64,000 nt of DNA, from positions 2,356,001-2,420,000 of the forward strand of contig JAMWBK010000002.1 of assembly GCA_029953675.1 (NCBI GenBank), in the 5' to 3' direction. Below the pieces are notes generated by a model. The model worked only from the letters and a program-made list of their open reading frames with translations. It ran no database searches and was not told where the DNA came from. Origin of the DNA: Rhodosorus marinus CCMP1338. Lineage: Eukaryota; Plantae; Rhodophyta. Below are positions 47,312 through 59,460 of the stretch, piece by piece (within the stretch, counting starts at the first letter, position 1; every line of letters begins with the position of its first letter). Made by a program: the position numbers and the translations under genes.

Positions 47312-50291
47312 TCAAGTTGTCATCAGCCTAGGGAGCATAGTTCTCCTCCCGATGATAGATGCTCTGGAATCCGGGAAACGCTCCGCTGCAGGTGTTACAA
47401 TCCCACTTTCTGAAACCTCATATGGGTAGAGAAGGGCACCTGAGACAAACCCCTTTTCTTGTGAGCTATACGTCTCCCAATTTCTCCACCCAATGAAACG
47501 GATCTTCTCCATGCAGATTTTGGTTTCTGCTTTCTCTAGGAGAACACTGCCGTCACCTGTTTGTTGTTCGAAAATGAGTCTGCACGTCAGGGTACGGAAA
47601 GACTAGAAACTTCGTATGCCAAAGGCACGCTACTGACCAAAGTGCTCTGCCCAGAGCGACTTTCTGAAGCACTCCACTTGCCCGCCTGGTGAAATCGCAC
47701 CGGTAGTACTAACATAGGCGGGTTGGTAAGCCCCCACGGCGATTTCAGTATCCCGCGTTCCGGACATTGAGCGTTCGTTGATGTTGGCGCTGCCGAGAAC
47801 TATATACTCGTCATCAACAATGAGCATTTTTGAATGCAAGTAGATCATGAACCGACGGTTGTGATTAGCGCCGGCGGCTTTCGAATTCCTTCGCACAAGC
47901 TTCGAATCTTCTGGATACTCCCGTCTTCCGAGACAAAAGAAACTCAGGTAGTCCGTAGGTCTGGCACTCGAACCGCAGACCTTCAACTCACGAGCTAATC
48001 AACATATGAGAAGTGATTCATAAGCAAGCTCGCCGTTTACTCCATTTTCTTCACATTGGGTCGATACCTATTCTTATGTACATCATCTCCACGGTTAAGT
48101 ATTGCCAGTAAAGTATCTCCTGGACCGCATCGCTTTCCGGTGCCCCTGTGTACAAGATAGCATGATGGGATGGCCGGCCGTCAACAAGTGAGGAGTAGTC
48201 CTCGTAAAAAATTTGAACGAATCGTACCTTCAGGAAACATGGGTATGACTATGTACACCCTGAAATCTCTTCTCAATTTGATCATGTTAACAATTTTAGT
48301 CACAATCTCCAGCGGAATCAAGTTTGTGCACTCCTTCAGCGGATCACTCAGCCAGGCATGTGAGGAACCAATAAAATACTGATTCTCTATATACAGAAAT
48401 CGCTCTGCTCGTCGGATGTGGTGAACGTACGCCGCTTGAACGCTAGCATCCAAGAGACGTCCCTTCTTGGTTATCAGGTTGTGTCCCCGTTCAAATATGG
48501 CGGACCTCTCATCAATAGACCTGCAAGAACGCAAGCTGCACTCAGCAGCGATAAGAACACGAGAAGTAGAAGGTTTCCTTCAATGAATTACCGAAATATT
48601 TGCGCGTTCCACCCATCCGGGTCACGTTGAAGAACGGCTTGTTCATCCACTCTACGGATGAACTCTTGCTCTGTAATAGCAGCGAGAGACAGTTTTTTTC
48701 CTCCCTGACACTGACAGCGGTCCTGAAAGTTTTGCAAAACGTCCCATGCTGCATCACCTTCCAAACAACAGTGAACATCATGCCATGGCTCCCGAGGGCC
48801 TGTTCTCTGATCAGTGACCAGGCAGGCCTGATGGAAATCGTTCTTGTGGAAAGTCCGTAGCGTGCTCCACAGACAGTGAGACTGTAGATTCGACGAGATA
48901 AGACGCATTAGAATGGAAAGGATCCAATCTTTGTGGGGGATACGCATTTCTTACGGGGGTGTCCCATCTCCCGGAAGTCAGGTCAAGGCCGCCAAGATAT
49001 GAAAGGATTCTTCGCTTGTCGTCTCTTCCGGGTATTGGGGCATCGACGACTATTATTTTTTGATGGTGTGTGAAAATCCCGCTGACCGTCATGTGTCCAA
49101 TGAAACCGTTCGTCCCATCGTCCAAACGCGGCATTTTCGCGACTTGAACTCCAGTGCCCTTGAAGAAACTGTCGGACAGAGTTTGTGAGCAGACCAGCGG
49201 AGTTTCCCCTCATAGTCTCGCGTATTAAAGAATACCTGTAGGTTTGCTCATCACTTGTAGCCATTATCCCTTCGTCGACAAGCGCTGTGTTATTAGTTGG
49301 GTCATCCCAAATGAGTACAACAACGCAGCAGCCCTGTCGATGTTTCTCAACGAGAAAATCGCCAAGCTGCATCGCTTCCTTCTGCCCACTTCGAACCATC
49401 TCGAGCTCGGTGTAGACGCTCCAACCTGCTATATATATTAGTTTCCTTGCTAAAGTCATTGCCCCAAACATTTCCTCGAATGCTCTGCGATGCAAGCGGG
49501 GCTTTTCCGAGCGGTCGAGGATCTCCGGGAGCTCTTTGTCGTGCACATGAGCGTCCTTGGAACAACAGAACCTCTAGCCGTCAGATTTTGCTTATTTCAC
49601 AATTGAATATCGGAGAGCTAGGAAGCACCTGAAATAATGAGAGCTTGCATCCCGTCCTCATCGGAAAATAGACGTCGCTGACTCCCATCCCAAAGCTAAG
49701 ATTTCTAAGCGGAATATACTGCACGTTTATCTTCAAGATGCCTGCAGAGCCGAGTTTGTCGTCGGCTAAAAGACGAATTGAAAGGAACTGACTTCAGATC
49801 AAATCAGACTTCCCGGGGGGCGCTTACTGATCCTACCGTCCGCCTGCATTCTATGAGAACCGCACAAGCTCCCGCTGCGTGCAAGCTCATGAGCGTTCAA
49901 GAAAAGCATTCCGACGGTGCTTGTTTTCGTTCCGAGTCTAGAAACGGTCTTGACGAATGCATCGAGAGTGTCGACCTGAATTGGGCGCGAGGCGACACGT
50001 GGACCATTAGCAAATTCTCAGACAAACACTCGGACGTCTCGTCCTCGTTTTTCATGTGATCAAGACACTGCTCAACAGTAAAAAATAATTACCACATACT
50101 TCATCATTCACGTCGATTAACATAGAAACGTTCCATTCCACCCGTCCATTCAGGCCGATCTTCATCAGATCAGTTTTCAGCACTCTCCTGATCGCGAGCG
50201 ACAAGGTCGCATACGCCTTGGAGCCTCTGTGACCAACAGAAGTTGCTCCATACAGTACGATCTTAAGTTTTCCGTGCAAGTGGACAGGCAT
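47312..50291 (-). CDS. PLD: C2-domain phospholipase D (plant PLD-alpha-like architecture), multi-exon
   Basis: C2 start [13 protein letters not shown]; [17 protein letters not shown]; HKD1 [12 protein letters not shown]; IYIENQYF-like [12 protein letters not shown]; HKD2 [37 protein letters not shown]; C-terminus [10 protein letters not shown]...LPRLMTT. The start at 50291 is inferred. Confidence 0.93.
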
Positions 50292-51213
50292 CTCGTCTCA
50301 CATGGCCTGCGGAGCGGGGGTGTCCAAATCAGTCGCTTTCGCACGCTTCTCGGCCTCGTCAAAGCACCCGAAAGGGAACCATCATCCCTCTACCAGAACA
50401 CAAAATCTCAAAATCCCTATACCTCAACTCTTCAAGGGACTGAATGCCACTCCTCAAAAGCCGATTTGTCGCTGACTCCCTTCCTCCGCACACTCTCTCT
50501 CCCCCGAAGAGACCAGGAAAGCATCACTCTCTTAACAGCTTACGGTTCTGTTTGGAGTATTCCATCAACAATCATGTATCATGAATAACATATATTTCTA
50601 CAAGGCCAAATCCATGCAATTAAAATAGACTCATATTACATCCGAGAACAGTATAATGGGCGTTCTAGAATTTTCGATATTTAAATGATTTTTGGTCCGA
50701 AGCACAGCAATATTTTGCAGAAACAAATACTATTTTAACCAATAATATTTTTGAGTAGACCATTCTTTTAGTTTTCATTGGCTGGATTGTAAATAGGTGA
50801 ATACTATTGGTTAACCACGTTTCGGGTGTCAGCATCTTACACTTGGAGTTTTGAGGGGCACCGGAAGAGCGGATGTTGGAGAGGGGCTACGGAGGAGCTG
50901 CTCGACGCGTTTCGGGTTGTACAACGGCACAAGAGAATTCCCTGACGTAATTTGAAATAGATGTAACCTTTTCTTCAACACGTATCGCTCCTATCTACTA
51001 CCACATTGGAACTCACGCACAGTGAACGGAATTCCCCCTCTCGGAACCTGCACCAAGCCTAGGGGCGGATAAAACGGAGCTTCCGCAACGAGGATGTGAA
51101 ACCCTGCATGATAAGGGGCACCGAGCTTCAGTACGACTACTCATCGCTGGGGCATTTCATACCGCTGATTGTCTTGGTGGATGGCCTGGAAGGAGGGTGG
51201 ACTGAACACAGCT

Positions 51214-51830
51214 TCAAACGCAGCGTTGAGCTATAGATTCCATTCTTATCCCTGTAAAATTGTCATGGTTAGCGAGTATCTGACCTGAGAGTACCCAAAC
51301 TGGACTTGAGGGAAGGCTCACTAGCAACAATTGAACTGTCAAGACGAACAGGTAACCCATCGAGAGGCCGAAGAGAAGGCCCTCGGTAGCTCCTCCCTTG
51401 GCAGTCGCTGCATTCGCTCCGGTAGGTTGCGGAAGTGTCCTAATACAAAACGTCCCGGTTTTTGACCCAGTCAGCTCGAAAGCGTCGGAATAAGTCTGAA
51501 TTCAGCGCAGCTCACACATACCCGTATTCTTTCTCCATCCTCAGTTTCCTCCGCTCTTCGAATATCGCAAACAAAGAGGATAACCCGGGGAGGGGGGGAA
51601 GGTTTCAATGAGGAGAAAACAGCTCTCATGATCAGTTCCGGAAGAACCAAAAACACGAAAACTCATTTACCGGGTACAATGCCCAATGTCCAGCATAATC
51701 AAACGTCTCGTTGATGATACCTACCTGGATTCCAATATCCACGAAACAAGCGGACATGCCTCGGGTCACCTTTACGCGGCTTGTAAAGGCCCCTCGTTGC
51801 GACAATCTCCCCCCTTTGACCCCCCACCAT
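51214..51830 (-). CDS. Putative small single- or double-pass membrane protein, hand-spliced, not in the ORF track
   Basis: ATG at 51830, exon 1 ends at a GTAGGT donor (51724), then a possible micro-exon from 51555 and an exon from about 51440 encoding GLLFGLSMGYLFVLTVQLLLVSLP. A C/A-rich leader signature lies upstream on the plus strand. The splice path is uncertain. Confidence 0.25.
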
Positions 51831-52492
51831 GTTCAACATCGGGGTGGTTTTCTCTCCGAAGCACGAAAACCAAGGTTTAGTTTCAATCAAAACTACAGAC
51901 AGACCATATGAAACAGATACTCCAGGACCACGCTTCTCTGCCTTCTCAACAACTCCGCTCATCCTCATCCCCCAAAAAAACTTTGGAGCTCGCAGCAATC
52001 CTCCTCATCAACTTCAGAAAACAGTTTCATAAGCGTCACCTCCCGGCATTACATTTGCCATTGAAACGCCCAAGATTTGGCCTAGCAAAAATATACGCAA
52101 TTCATCATGGCAGGTGATAATCTGAAAATCGACTAAATGATTCCAGGTTTTTTTCGGGGGGCCGGACTAGAGCTTGGGTAACCGGCGTCCATGAAAGCAC
52201 CAGTGTAGGGCTTAAGGAAACCCTAGGCTATGCATCTGTCTTCCAAGACATACGAGAGACCTCCTAAAAGTTTTCACTCGTCATGACTTTGCCCTTCGGG
52301 AAGAATCTCTCCAACGAGCTCCGTGGCTTCGGTGATATCACCTTTTCATTCTGCAGCTCGCAAGAGGCTTGCTGCGTATTCCTAATACACTTAACTTTAA
52401 TCAACTAAATTGAGAGCCCCCTAGTAGCAACTGAGATCCATAGAGCTTATTCTGTCGGTGCAGATTTGTGCCGTCGTCCGTTGCAGCCAAGA

Positions 52493-54107
52493 TTAGCTCC
52501 AGCGTCTTCCGGCGAAAAGACATAGTATCGTCGACACGACCGACGAAAACAGACATGGAACGAAAGATATCTGAAGAAACGCAGGAAACGTCCCCATAAA
52601 AGAGAGATTCAGGCTCAAATGCCCAGACAACATCACTCCACAGGCGAAGTGACAAAGCATGTTAGGACGTCACTTTGGAACCCTTACCGACTGACTGCTC
52701 AGTGCAATCGCGCTGCATAGAATACTGCTAGGAAATAATATTGTGAACAGCATCGTTTTGCTTAGTCGATTGTCCTGACCTATTGCTTTGCCAGCTGCTA
52801 CAGCGAGGAGGATCGCGACCAGGTTGAACACTGCAATGGCGGTGATGGTCTCGATTGGGTTGACCAACGTTGAAAGCTCCATTCGAAAACGCGCAACCTT
52901 GAAGAAAAGAAGTTGATAAAAGATTCACATGGTAAGGGCTCCAGGAAAGAAGTGAGCTCGGGTTTCTGATATTTTGCTCACTATAGTCAGAGTCTGAGGA
53001 ATGCAAAACATCCACGAAAGAAACACGGACAGTCGTCCGAGAAGACCACCGTGTCTTACAGGAACGGATCTGAACACCCTCAGACCCGCAATGAACGGCA
53101 GAGACACGGTAGCTCCCACGAAGGTTGGTGACGCCGTTGCTCGTCCAGCTGTGCTGAGCCAGACCGATGCCGGAACGAAAGCGAACGCGGCTATATAGGT
53201 TAGTTTGCAAAGGGCAATCGCATAGGATAGGTACATATCCCTGGACGCGATCGCAACAGAGGGCCCAAAAGCCACAGGCCCTGCTGAGAGGACTGCAAGA
53301 CTCGCAGTCTCGGGCGTTTTAAAGTTGTACAACCGGCTGACGAATATTGCTGCAATGGGAAAGATCAGCTTAAGGAATATTGATATCGAAAGCTGTTAGA
53401 GGCAGAATTTTTAAAAGCGCTTTCAGCTGATGGAAATTCGATGATTGCGAGCTCGATACAACTGTACCAAGCTTACCGTCACTACAGGAAACCTTTGTAC
53501 TCTTGACGAAAACTGAGAAACGAAGATTCCTGGTACATAGGGAGAGGAAAGATTTTCTCGTCAGTTATGGAGAAGTTGAACGAGATCAAACCCCTCATGA
53601 CTGGGTGGTCCTCCGCAAATTTCTCACCGAGGAAGAAAGAGGAAAAAGCTATATAGACAGGATGCGCGATGTTGATTACTCTCTCCGGTCTCCAGAACGC
53701 GTATGAGCAACACATAATTGCAACGATCAGCGCGATAAACCCAGAAAACCTGTCCAGATGTGCTTCAGTGTCTTCAAAATCCGTGGGAAAGTCGGGCTAC
53801 CTTCCACAGCTCACCTTACAAAGACCGTGCTTGGGCTCTTCAGCGAATTCCGTTCTGGAGCGGGTTTCCTATAAGCGATCGGAGCTGGGAACTCATCATC
53901 TTCAACAATCTCCTCGTTTTCCAACGGGTTCGGGTCCTGACCTTGCTGAACCACTACTTTCCTCCTCGAACCTCGTAACCGAAAGCGCAACAGACTCTGA
54001 TCTCGATCGGAGACCACATTTCCACGCACTTTCACCCCAAACAGTACGGGATGTACAAATCCTACAACAGGATGGCATGCCGCAGCCGATCTCAACTGGT
54101 TCACCAT
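52493..54107 (-). CDS. Divergent BASS/SBF (bile acid:sodium symporter family) transporter with a probable plastid transit peptide, multi-exon
   Basis: Helix pattern FLKLIFPIAAIF / LAVLSAGPVAFGPSV / DMYLSYAIA...AFVP / SLPFIAGLRV / AILLAVAAGKAIG...SKTMLFTILFPSS and last exon ISFVPCLFSSVVSTILCLFAGRRWS-stop. The N-terminus contains VVGFV. Confidence 0.65.
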
Positions 54108-55359
54108 GCCGTCTCACACCTCCAAATACATCCAAAAAGGTCCGAGCCACATCGGGTAGCATCCAACTACCCGCATTCTCACAAGTCCATCTCAAAACAT
54201 CCACCAACAACTAACGTAGGAACATACATGGAACCGACTCTCCAGAAACGTAAATGTCCGATCCCCAAGCTCCCAGATCCAATCTGTCAAAACCTTCTCC
54301 TAAGAAACGATCAGATCATTAACGAGAGCTTCTTAACAGATTGATCTTACCTATATTTCATCAATCGAAACCTCTCTGAGACCTTGTAACACGACTACTT
54401 ATCGGTACGGAGTTTTCCAGTAGCCTTCTCGCAACTCTTTCCCACCCCATCCACTTCCCTCAACTGGTAAAAGGCCATTTTAGCAAATCCCATTTTACGA
54501 TTTTGCGGTGGAGATCCGAAATACTCGCAAACCTACAATTTTCAAAACTTTTAAACAGGTTTTTGTGGCCTCTGCGTCTCCGGAAAAGCTCAGTCAGCAG
54601 GAGAACGGGTCATATAGTGACTGGAAATGGAATCGGGAGGAACATTTCCGTTTTATGTATGTACTGCTGCTTTATTGAAACATGCGCTTCCAGAAATCAC
54701 CTCTGCGAGCTTTCCGTGAGCGTATGAGAAGTAGCCGCCTTTAGCTTTTGAATTCGACCAGGTGGTGAAGATGAAGAGTTGTGTTTTAGGTTTCAATCAA
54801 GAGAAGGATGTTCTTGTGGTTGCGCATAGCGTAGATCATGAATCCAGTGTTGAAGAAATTGTAAACACAGACCGGTGGAGCTGGACCATATCAAACGGAT
54901 GGAGATCTACATGCTGCCGCGACGATGCGCTCTTTTGCGTTGTCTTTTCGGCAAAGGGAATGAGATTCAGGAGCATCTGAGAGCGATTCGAGGCGAACAC
55001 AGGTACAGGGGTAGGCCGAGTAAGTGCAAGTATGGTAAACAGAGCGTGTGCCACGGTCGTGATCACTGAGACCCATTGGACGCAACGAACTACGCATCGG
55101 CCAGCATTGTGAGGAGGGCACTACCACCAGACTGATAGGTTCAGTGCTGCTGTGTCCAGATCCATCATACCGTTTTTGTCCTTTTTTACAGAAACCAGGG
55201 CGCAGTCGTGCTCCTTGGTGCTATCGTACATATACTGAATCCGTGCACAAGCCGTATTTCAGATTTCTCAGGGCCGGCAGCCAATGTTTACGCCCACACG
55301 GGTAAGTTACAACTTCCGGTAGGCTTCGACATTCAGTATGAGCAGGGGTCCAATCGATC

Positions 55360-56195
55360 CTATTTCTTCTTAAAGAACTGGGAAAGCGGCTTCATTCCAG
55401 ATTTATCTACACTCGCCAGCCTGTTTTTTACTCGCTTCTTTGGTTGCTCCTTTTCGTTCTCCTTCGCGGTGACGTCCTGTACAGACTCACCCACCCTACT
55501 GCTGTTGTTGTAGTTGAGAAACGATGCGGAATCTATACGACCTGGCTCTGTGCTCTTTTCCGAAAAATCCTCACGCAACTTTTGGATCCATTCTGTACTT
55601 GTGTATCTAGATATAACATCCAGAGCATCGTCACGTCCGAGACCTAGCGTTGGGCATCATGGAGGGTCGTGTGACAATTCAGCAAACCACACCATGGCAT
55701 TGTTAGGGGATGGAGCCCGTCCACCGTCTACTCACGCTCACCTGTCGCTTCGGTGTTTTTCAGTTTCAGCTTAAGCCATCGCATGACCTTATCGTGGTCT
55801 AATCTATGTACAACCTCATCTCCTATCTGTGCCCATTGCGTAATGCATTTGAGATCATCCGCAGAACAAAAGCTCGTCAAGTTCAGTGCAATCGAGCTCA
55901 GCAGCACCGGTTTGGGCTGGAAAACGCTGCGATCTGACTCTTCAAGTAACCTCAACGCAACGAACAGTGGGTCCACTTCAGACACGATTAAAAACTCTCC
56001 TCCCTCGATGAATCCATCGTCCGGCAACATAAGCCATGCTCCATACTTCGGCTGAAAGTTGAGCAGGTCGAAGATCATCAGGTTCTCCTCACAAACAATC
56101 AATCTCCGGGCAGGGGAGTCACCCAGCGCCATGGTTATTATTTTCCATTGCTTTTCTCCAAGTCTCTCGTCAAGAATAGCCACTTTTCTTTCCAT
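55360..56195 (-). CDS. RNASEH2B: Ribonuclease H2 subunit B, 2 exons
   Basis: YGAWL...GGEFLIVSEVDPLFVAL, KVMRWLKLK and C-terminal PIP box KSGMKPLSQFFKKK. Confidence 0.85.
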
Positions 56196-57437
56196 TGTCT
56201 TCTTCTATCATGTAGCAATGGCCTCCCAGCCAACCTCCTCCCCCTCCCCCATCCGGAACAAAGAAGAATCCCGCCATTTCTAGATGAGCTACATCGAACA
56301 CCTGAAGGTTCTGTTAAGAATCAGTCCAATAAAGAGCAGCTAAGAACATCATTATCCAATTAAGTTTTCTTCTCCATACATTTCGTCAAAATTGACTTTA
56401 ATTGGGCTATAACGGCAAGATATAGCGAATCAATTCACTATTGATGGTACTTTGTGTAAGCAATGTCCAATGAATGAGCGGTTTGGATGGTTGTGGTTTG
56501 ACAGGCCATTGGGCTTCTTCTTAAGGCCGCGTAGCTTCAGTCAATCCATATGAGATTCCCTCCCCAATCTTTCAATGTACGCTCAGCTCTGTTTCGCGCT
56601 TCGGCAGCGAAAACTACTCCCTGCCGAACGAGGACACCGTTTGCCCCGCACCAACTCTCACTCGCACTCTTAAAGAAGCTGTCTTGTGCAAATCAAACAA
56701 TGGAAACCTCGGGCAAACAATTCGAGGACAACCACGAAGCTCTTCACTAGCCCATTTCAGATGCAGACATAAACGTCGCGTGGCAACTCGAAAGCCTTTC
56801 ACAGCAGGCCCTATCTACCTTTGGTGTTCGCAACCTTGTGGTTCAACCGGTAGATGTATAGCACCAGCTTCGCGCAAGCTCGTACTTTTCGGGCGTTCTT
56901 CGAGGAACCATTTACTAAGTCATTCCTCGCAGCAAACAAAACTTTCAGAAAGCCTTAACAGCCATTGTTGCTGTCCAAGCAATGTGCATGGAGTTAACTT
57001 TTTACCAGACCGACACAGTTGGACGAGGCCTTAACTACTAGCCAGATATATTTCTGAGCGCTGGGAATCTCTTCGCTCTAACAACCGCGCCGACCTTAAA
57101 CATAGTGGACTGATTCATTCATTTTCCATTCTCTCGTCCATGATACAAACACAAGATCCATTAGGCATTTCCAGCAAGCTGCTCCTCTATGAAGGGTTTT
57201 ACAGTTCTCGTCGGTGGAGGGTCGTAGATCGCAAGCGGTTTGACGGGGAAGGAGATGACCAGGGTAACGGGCAAAGCATGGAGAATGGAGCATAAATTTA
57301 GAGGACAGTTGTTTCATGTGAAAGCATAATTGCTAAGTAGCCCTATCTCTTGTAGTGTTAGTCCGCGTCGAAGGGAGAAGGAGTTTAGCGGTGGCCCGTG
57401 AGAGTTTTGGGGTGGGAAAAAGCTGAAAATCTTTCAT

Positions 57438-57923
57438 ATGGAAGGAGAGTCCACTGCTGGAAATCACGGGAACTTGGATCGGCCTCCTTCGTATGGGAAC
57501 CATGGTGACAAGGTAGATCGGCATGACGGGGAGCGGAACCTTTCCAGTAATCTCTCCGGTGGGTATGGGCATACTCATAGGAACGACCCTGGTCAGTCTA
57601 GAAGAAAGAGTTCTTTCACGGAGAGTGAGGGGGACCATCGAATGTCGAGCGCCCGATCTGTGACTTTCTCCGACACAAACGAAGAGATTGATATTGAATC
57701 GGTGCCTAGGGCAATTGAATACGACGACGACGACGACGACTTTGAGGATGACAATTCCAGCAAAAAATCTGTTACTTTCAGCGAAGACTTGGTGACAGAA
57801 GTTCGATTCTTCTCCAAGAAGAACATTCCGACCAAGCCTATCCTCATATCTACGGCTTTGGGGTTGTGCGCGGTCATCCTCGGTTCAGTTGTCCTTCGTG
57901 GTAGAAAGAAGGAAGCGGAATAG
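57438..57923 (+). CDS. Hypothetical 161-aa tail-anchored protein with two RVxF-type motifs
   Basis: Intronless ATG-to-TAG ORF. It has a disordered hydrophilic N-part, RSVTF (aa 73-77) and KSVTF (aa 110-114), an Asp tract, and a hydrophobic ILISTALGLCAVILGSVVL followed by RGRKK near the C-terminus. Confidence 0.65.
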   Translation: MEGESTAGNHGNLDRPPSYGNHGDKVDRHDGERNLSSNLSGGYGHTHRNDPGQSRRKSSFTESEGDHRMSSARSVTFSDTNEEIDIESVPRAIEYDDDDDDFEDDNSSKKSVTFSEDLVTEVRFFSKKNIPTKPILISTALGLCAVILGSVVLRGRKKEAE

Positions 57924-58286
57924 TGCTTCTGCGGCGCTACAAGGTAATCCGTAGGTCCGCATCCCTGGACCCGATGGTGGTAGTTCAACAGAACAACTTG
58001 TGGCCGGGAGAAGACAGATCTGAGCTCATGTTAATGGATGAGAAGGCTGCTATCTCCTTTGCACCTGGGCTTTGACACAGGTTTGCTGTTTGTTTGTTTC
58101 TACCTTGACCGGTGAGAGTTCAATGAGCATGTAGTAATAATAAAATGGTCTAGGCTTCCTCGTTGTAAACGCTAGTACGTTGTTTGTCATCTACCTCTGG
58201 CGTTCCCATGGAACACAACTATCTTTCCTCAAAGCGGTTTGCATTGATAAACAAATTACGATTTTTATTGAGTAAAAATGATCCTT

Positions 58287-59175
58287 TTACAAAGTCGACT
58301 CGACTGAGCAAATGGTGTTCGGGCGTCGGGCCTTGAAGGTTGTTCTGTACTGCTTGGAGCTTGGCGTCGGTACTCTGTGCGGCAACGGGAACTTAATCTT
58401 GTCGTCCAGCATCTGCAGAGTCTTTGGTCGTTTGCAGTCAGCGGAGGCTATTCGCTGTACTTTGAGAATCGTAATTGCACTCCAGCTAAGAAAAGAAACA
58501 TTGGAATGCGAGTTAGACAACTTGCTAGATTTTAAGAACGGTAAGAAATTCGTATCTACGTACCGAGCACGATGCCTTCCGCTCATTTCCATGTAAAATT
58601 GCTCCACAGCGCCAGCCATTGTAACATCCCGGTACTCCTTGTACATGTTCACGGTATCGGACCTCGACTTGTACTTCACCCAGACCCCAAAGTTCTTGAT
58701 CGACGCGCTCTTCTTCTCCGGAACTTCCTTCACGCTGATGATGTCTCCAGTGGTTTTCTTCACCTTCTTCATTTTTCTAATGTTGTACCAGTACCTTGAC
58801 TTTGCTACAACCTTATTCGGGGCGAAAATCTTCATGCTCATCAGCTGAGACTCCTCATCACCCACCGGGGTCTTACGACCAACAACCTCATACTGCTTCA
58901 GCCAAACCTACATCCATCCAAGAAACGAAGAACCCACAATTCAGAAACCTCGTCCTCACCTCACAACTAAAACGCCGAGAATACATAAAAAACAAAACAG
59001 AGACCAAAATCCGCAGAAACCTCCACCCAAATAGCAAGCAAAACAAACCGACGCAACCAATACACCGACAGCGCACGCGCCGGCGCCCCAGAAGTTACAT
59101 CAAAACCAAGAAAACTCGAAGAGAGACAGAACAGAACACCAACATCCTATTTCAAAGCTTAAAAAAACTCACCAT
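58287..59175 (-). CDS. RPL18A: 60S ribosomal protein L18a (eL20), 3 exons; first exon is ATG only
   Basis: ATG|GTGAGT at 59175; exon 2 VWLKQYEVVGRK...IFAPNKVVAKSRYWY...NMYKEYRD...MSGRHRAR; exon 3 ...IKFPLPHR...RPNT. Confidence 0.96.
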
Positions 59176-59416
59176 TGTCAACGATTCGTGCAAGAAGCCT
59201 CCTAAACAATCGCCTTTCCTAGACAACACTAACCCCCTCTCCTCCTCCTTGCGATCGTCCCAACCTTTCCCAACGTTAAGCAGTCATGCAGATGCCCTAC
59301 CAATCTTGGTCCTCACCGATCAACAACGGAGCCATTAGAATTTTTTTTCCAGCCATCCCCGCCGTCACTTTTAGAAAAAGAAAAATAAGCAATCGTCGTC
59401 GACGCCGGTCATAAAC

Positions 59417-59460
59417 GACAGTCTGTCTTTTCCGCGTAAGTAAAAATCAGACAGCTTGTC
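59417..59460. promoter_or_regulatory. Pair of palindromic GACA-N3-TGTC sites upstream of RPL18A
   Basis: GACAgtcTGTC at 59417-59427 and GACAgctTGTC at 59450-59460. Confidence 0.35.

Noticed and set aside
50344-50356. CGCTTCTCGGCCT, identical to part of the U2 snRNA 5' end
   Set aside because: The match stops at 13 nt; no GCTAAGATCAAGTGTAGTA branch-pairing region or Sm site follows.
56597-56608. CGCTTCGGCAGC, like the U6 5' stem-loop
   Set aside because: No ACAGAGA box or U6 internal stem-loop downstream.
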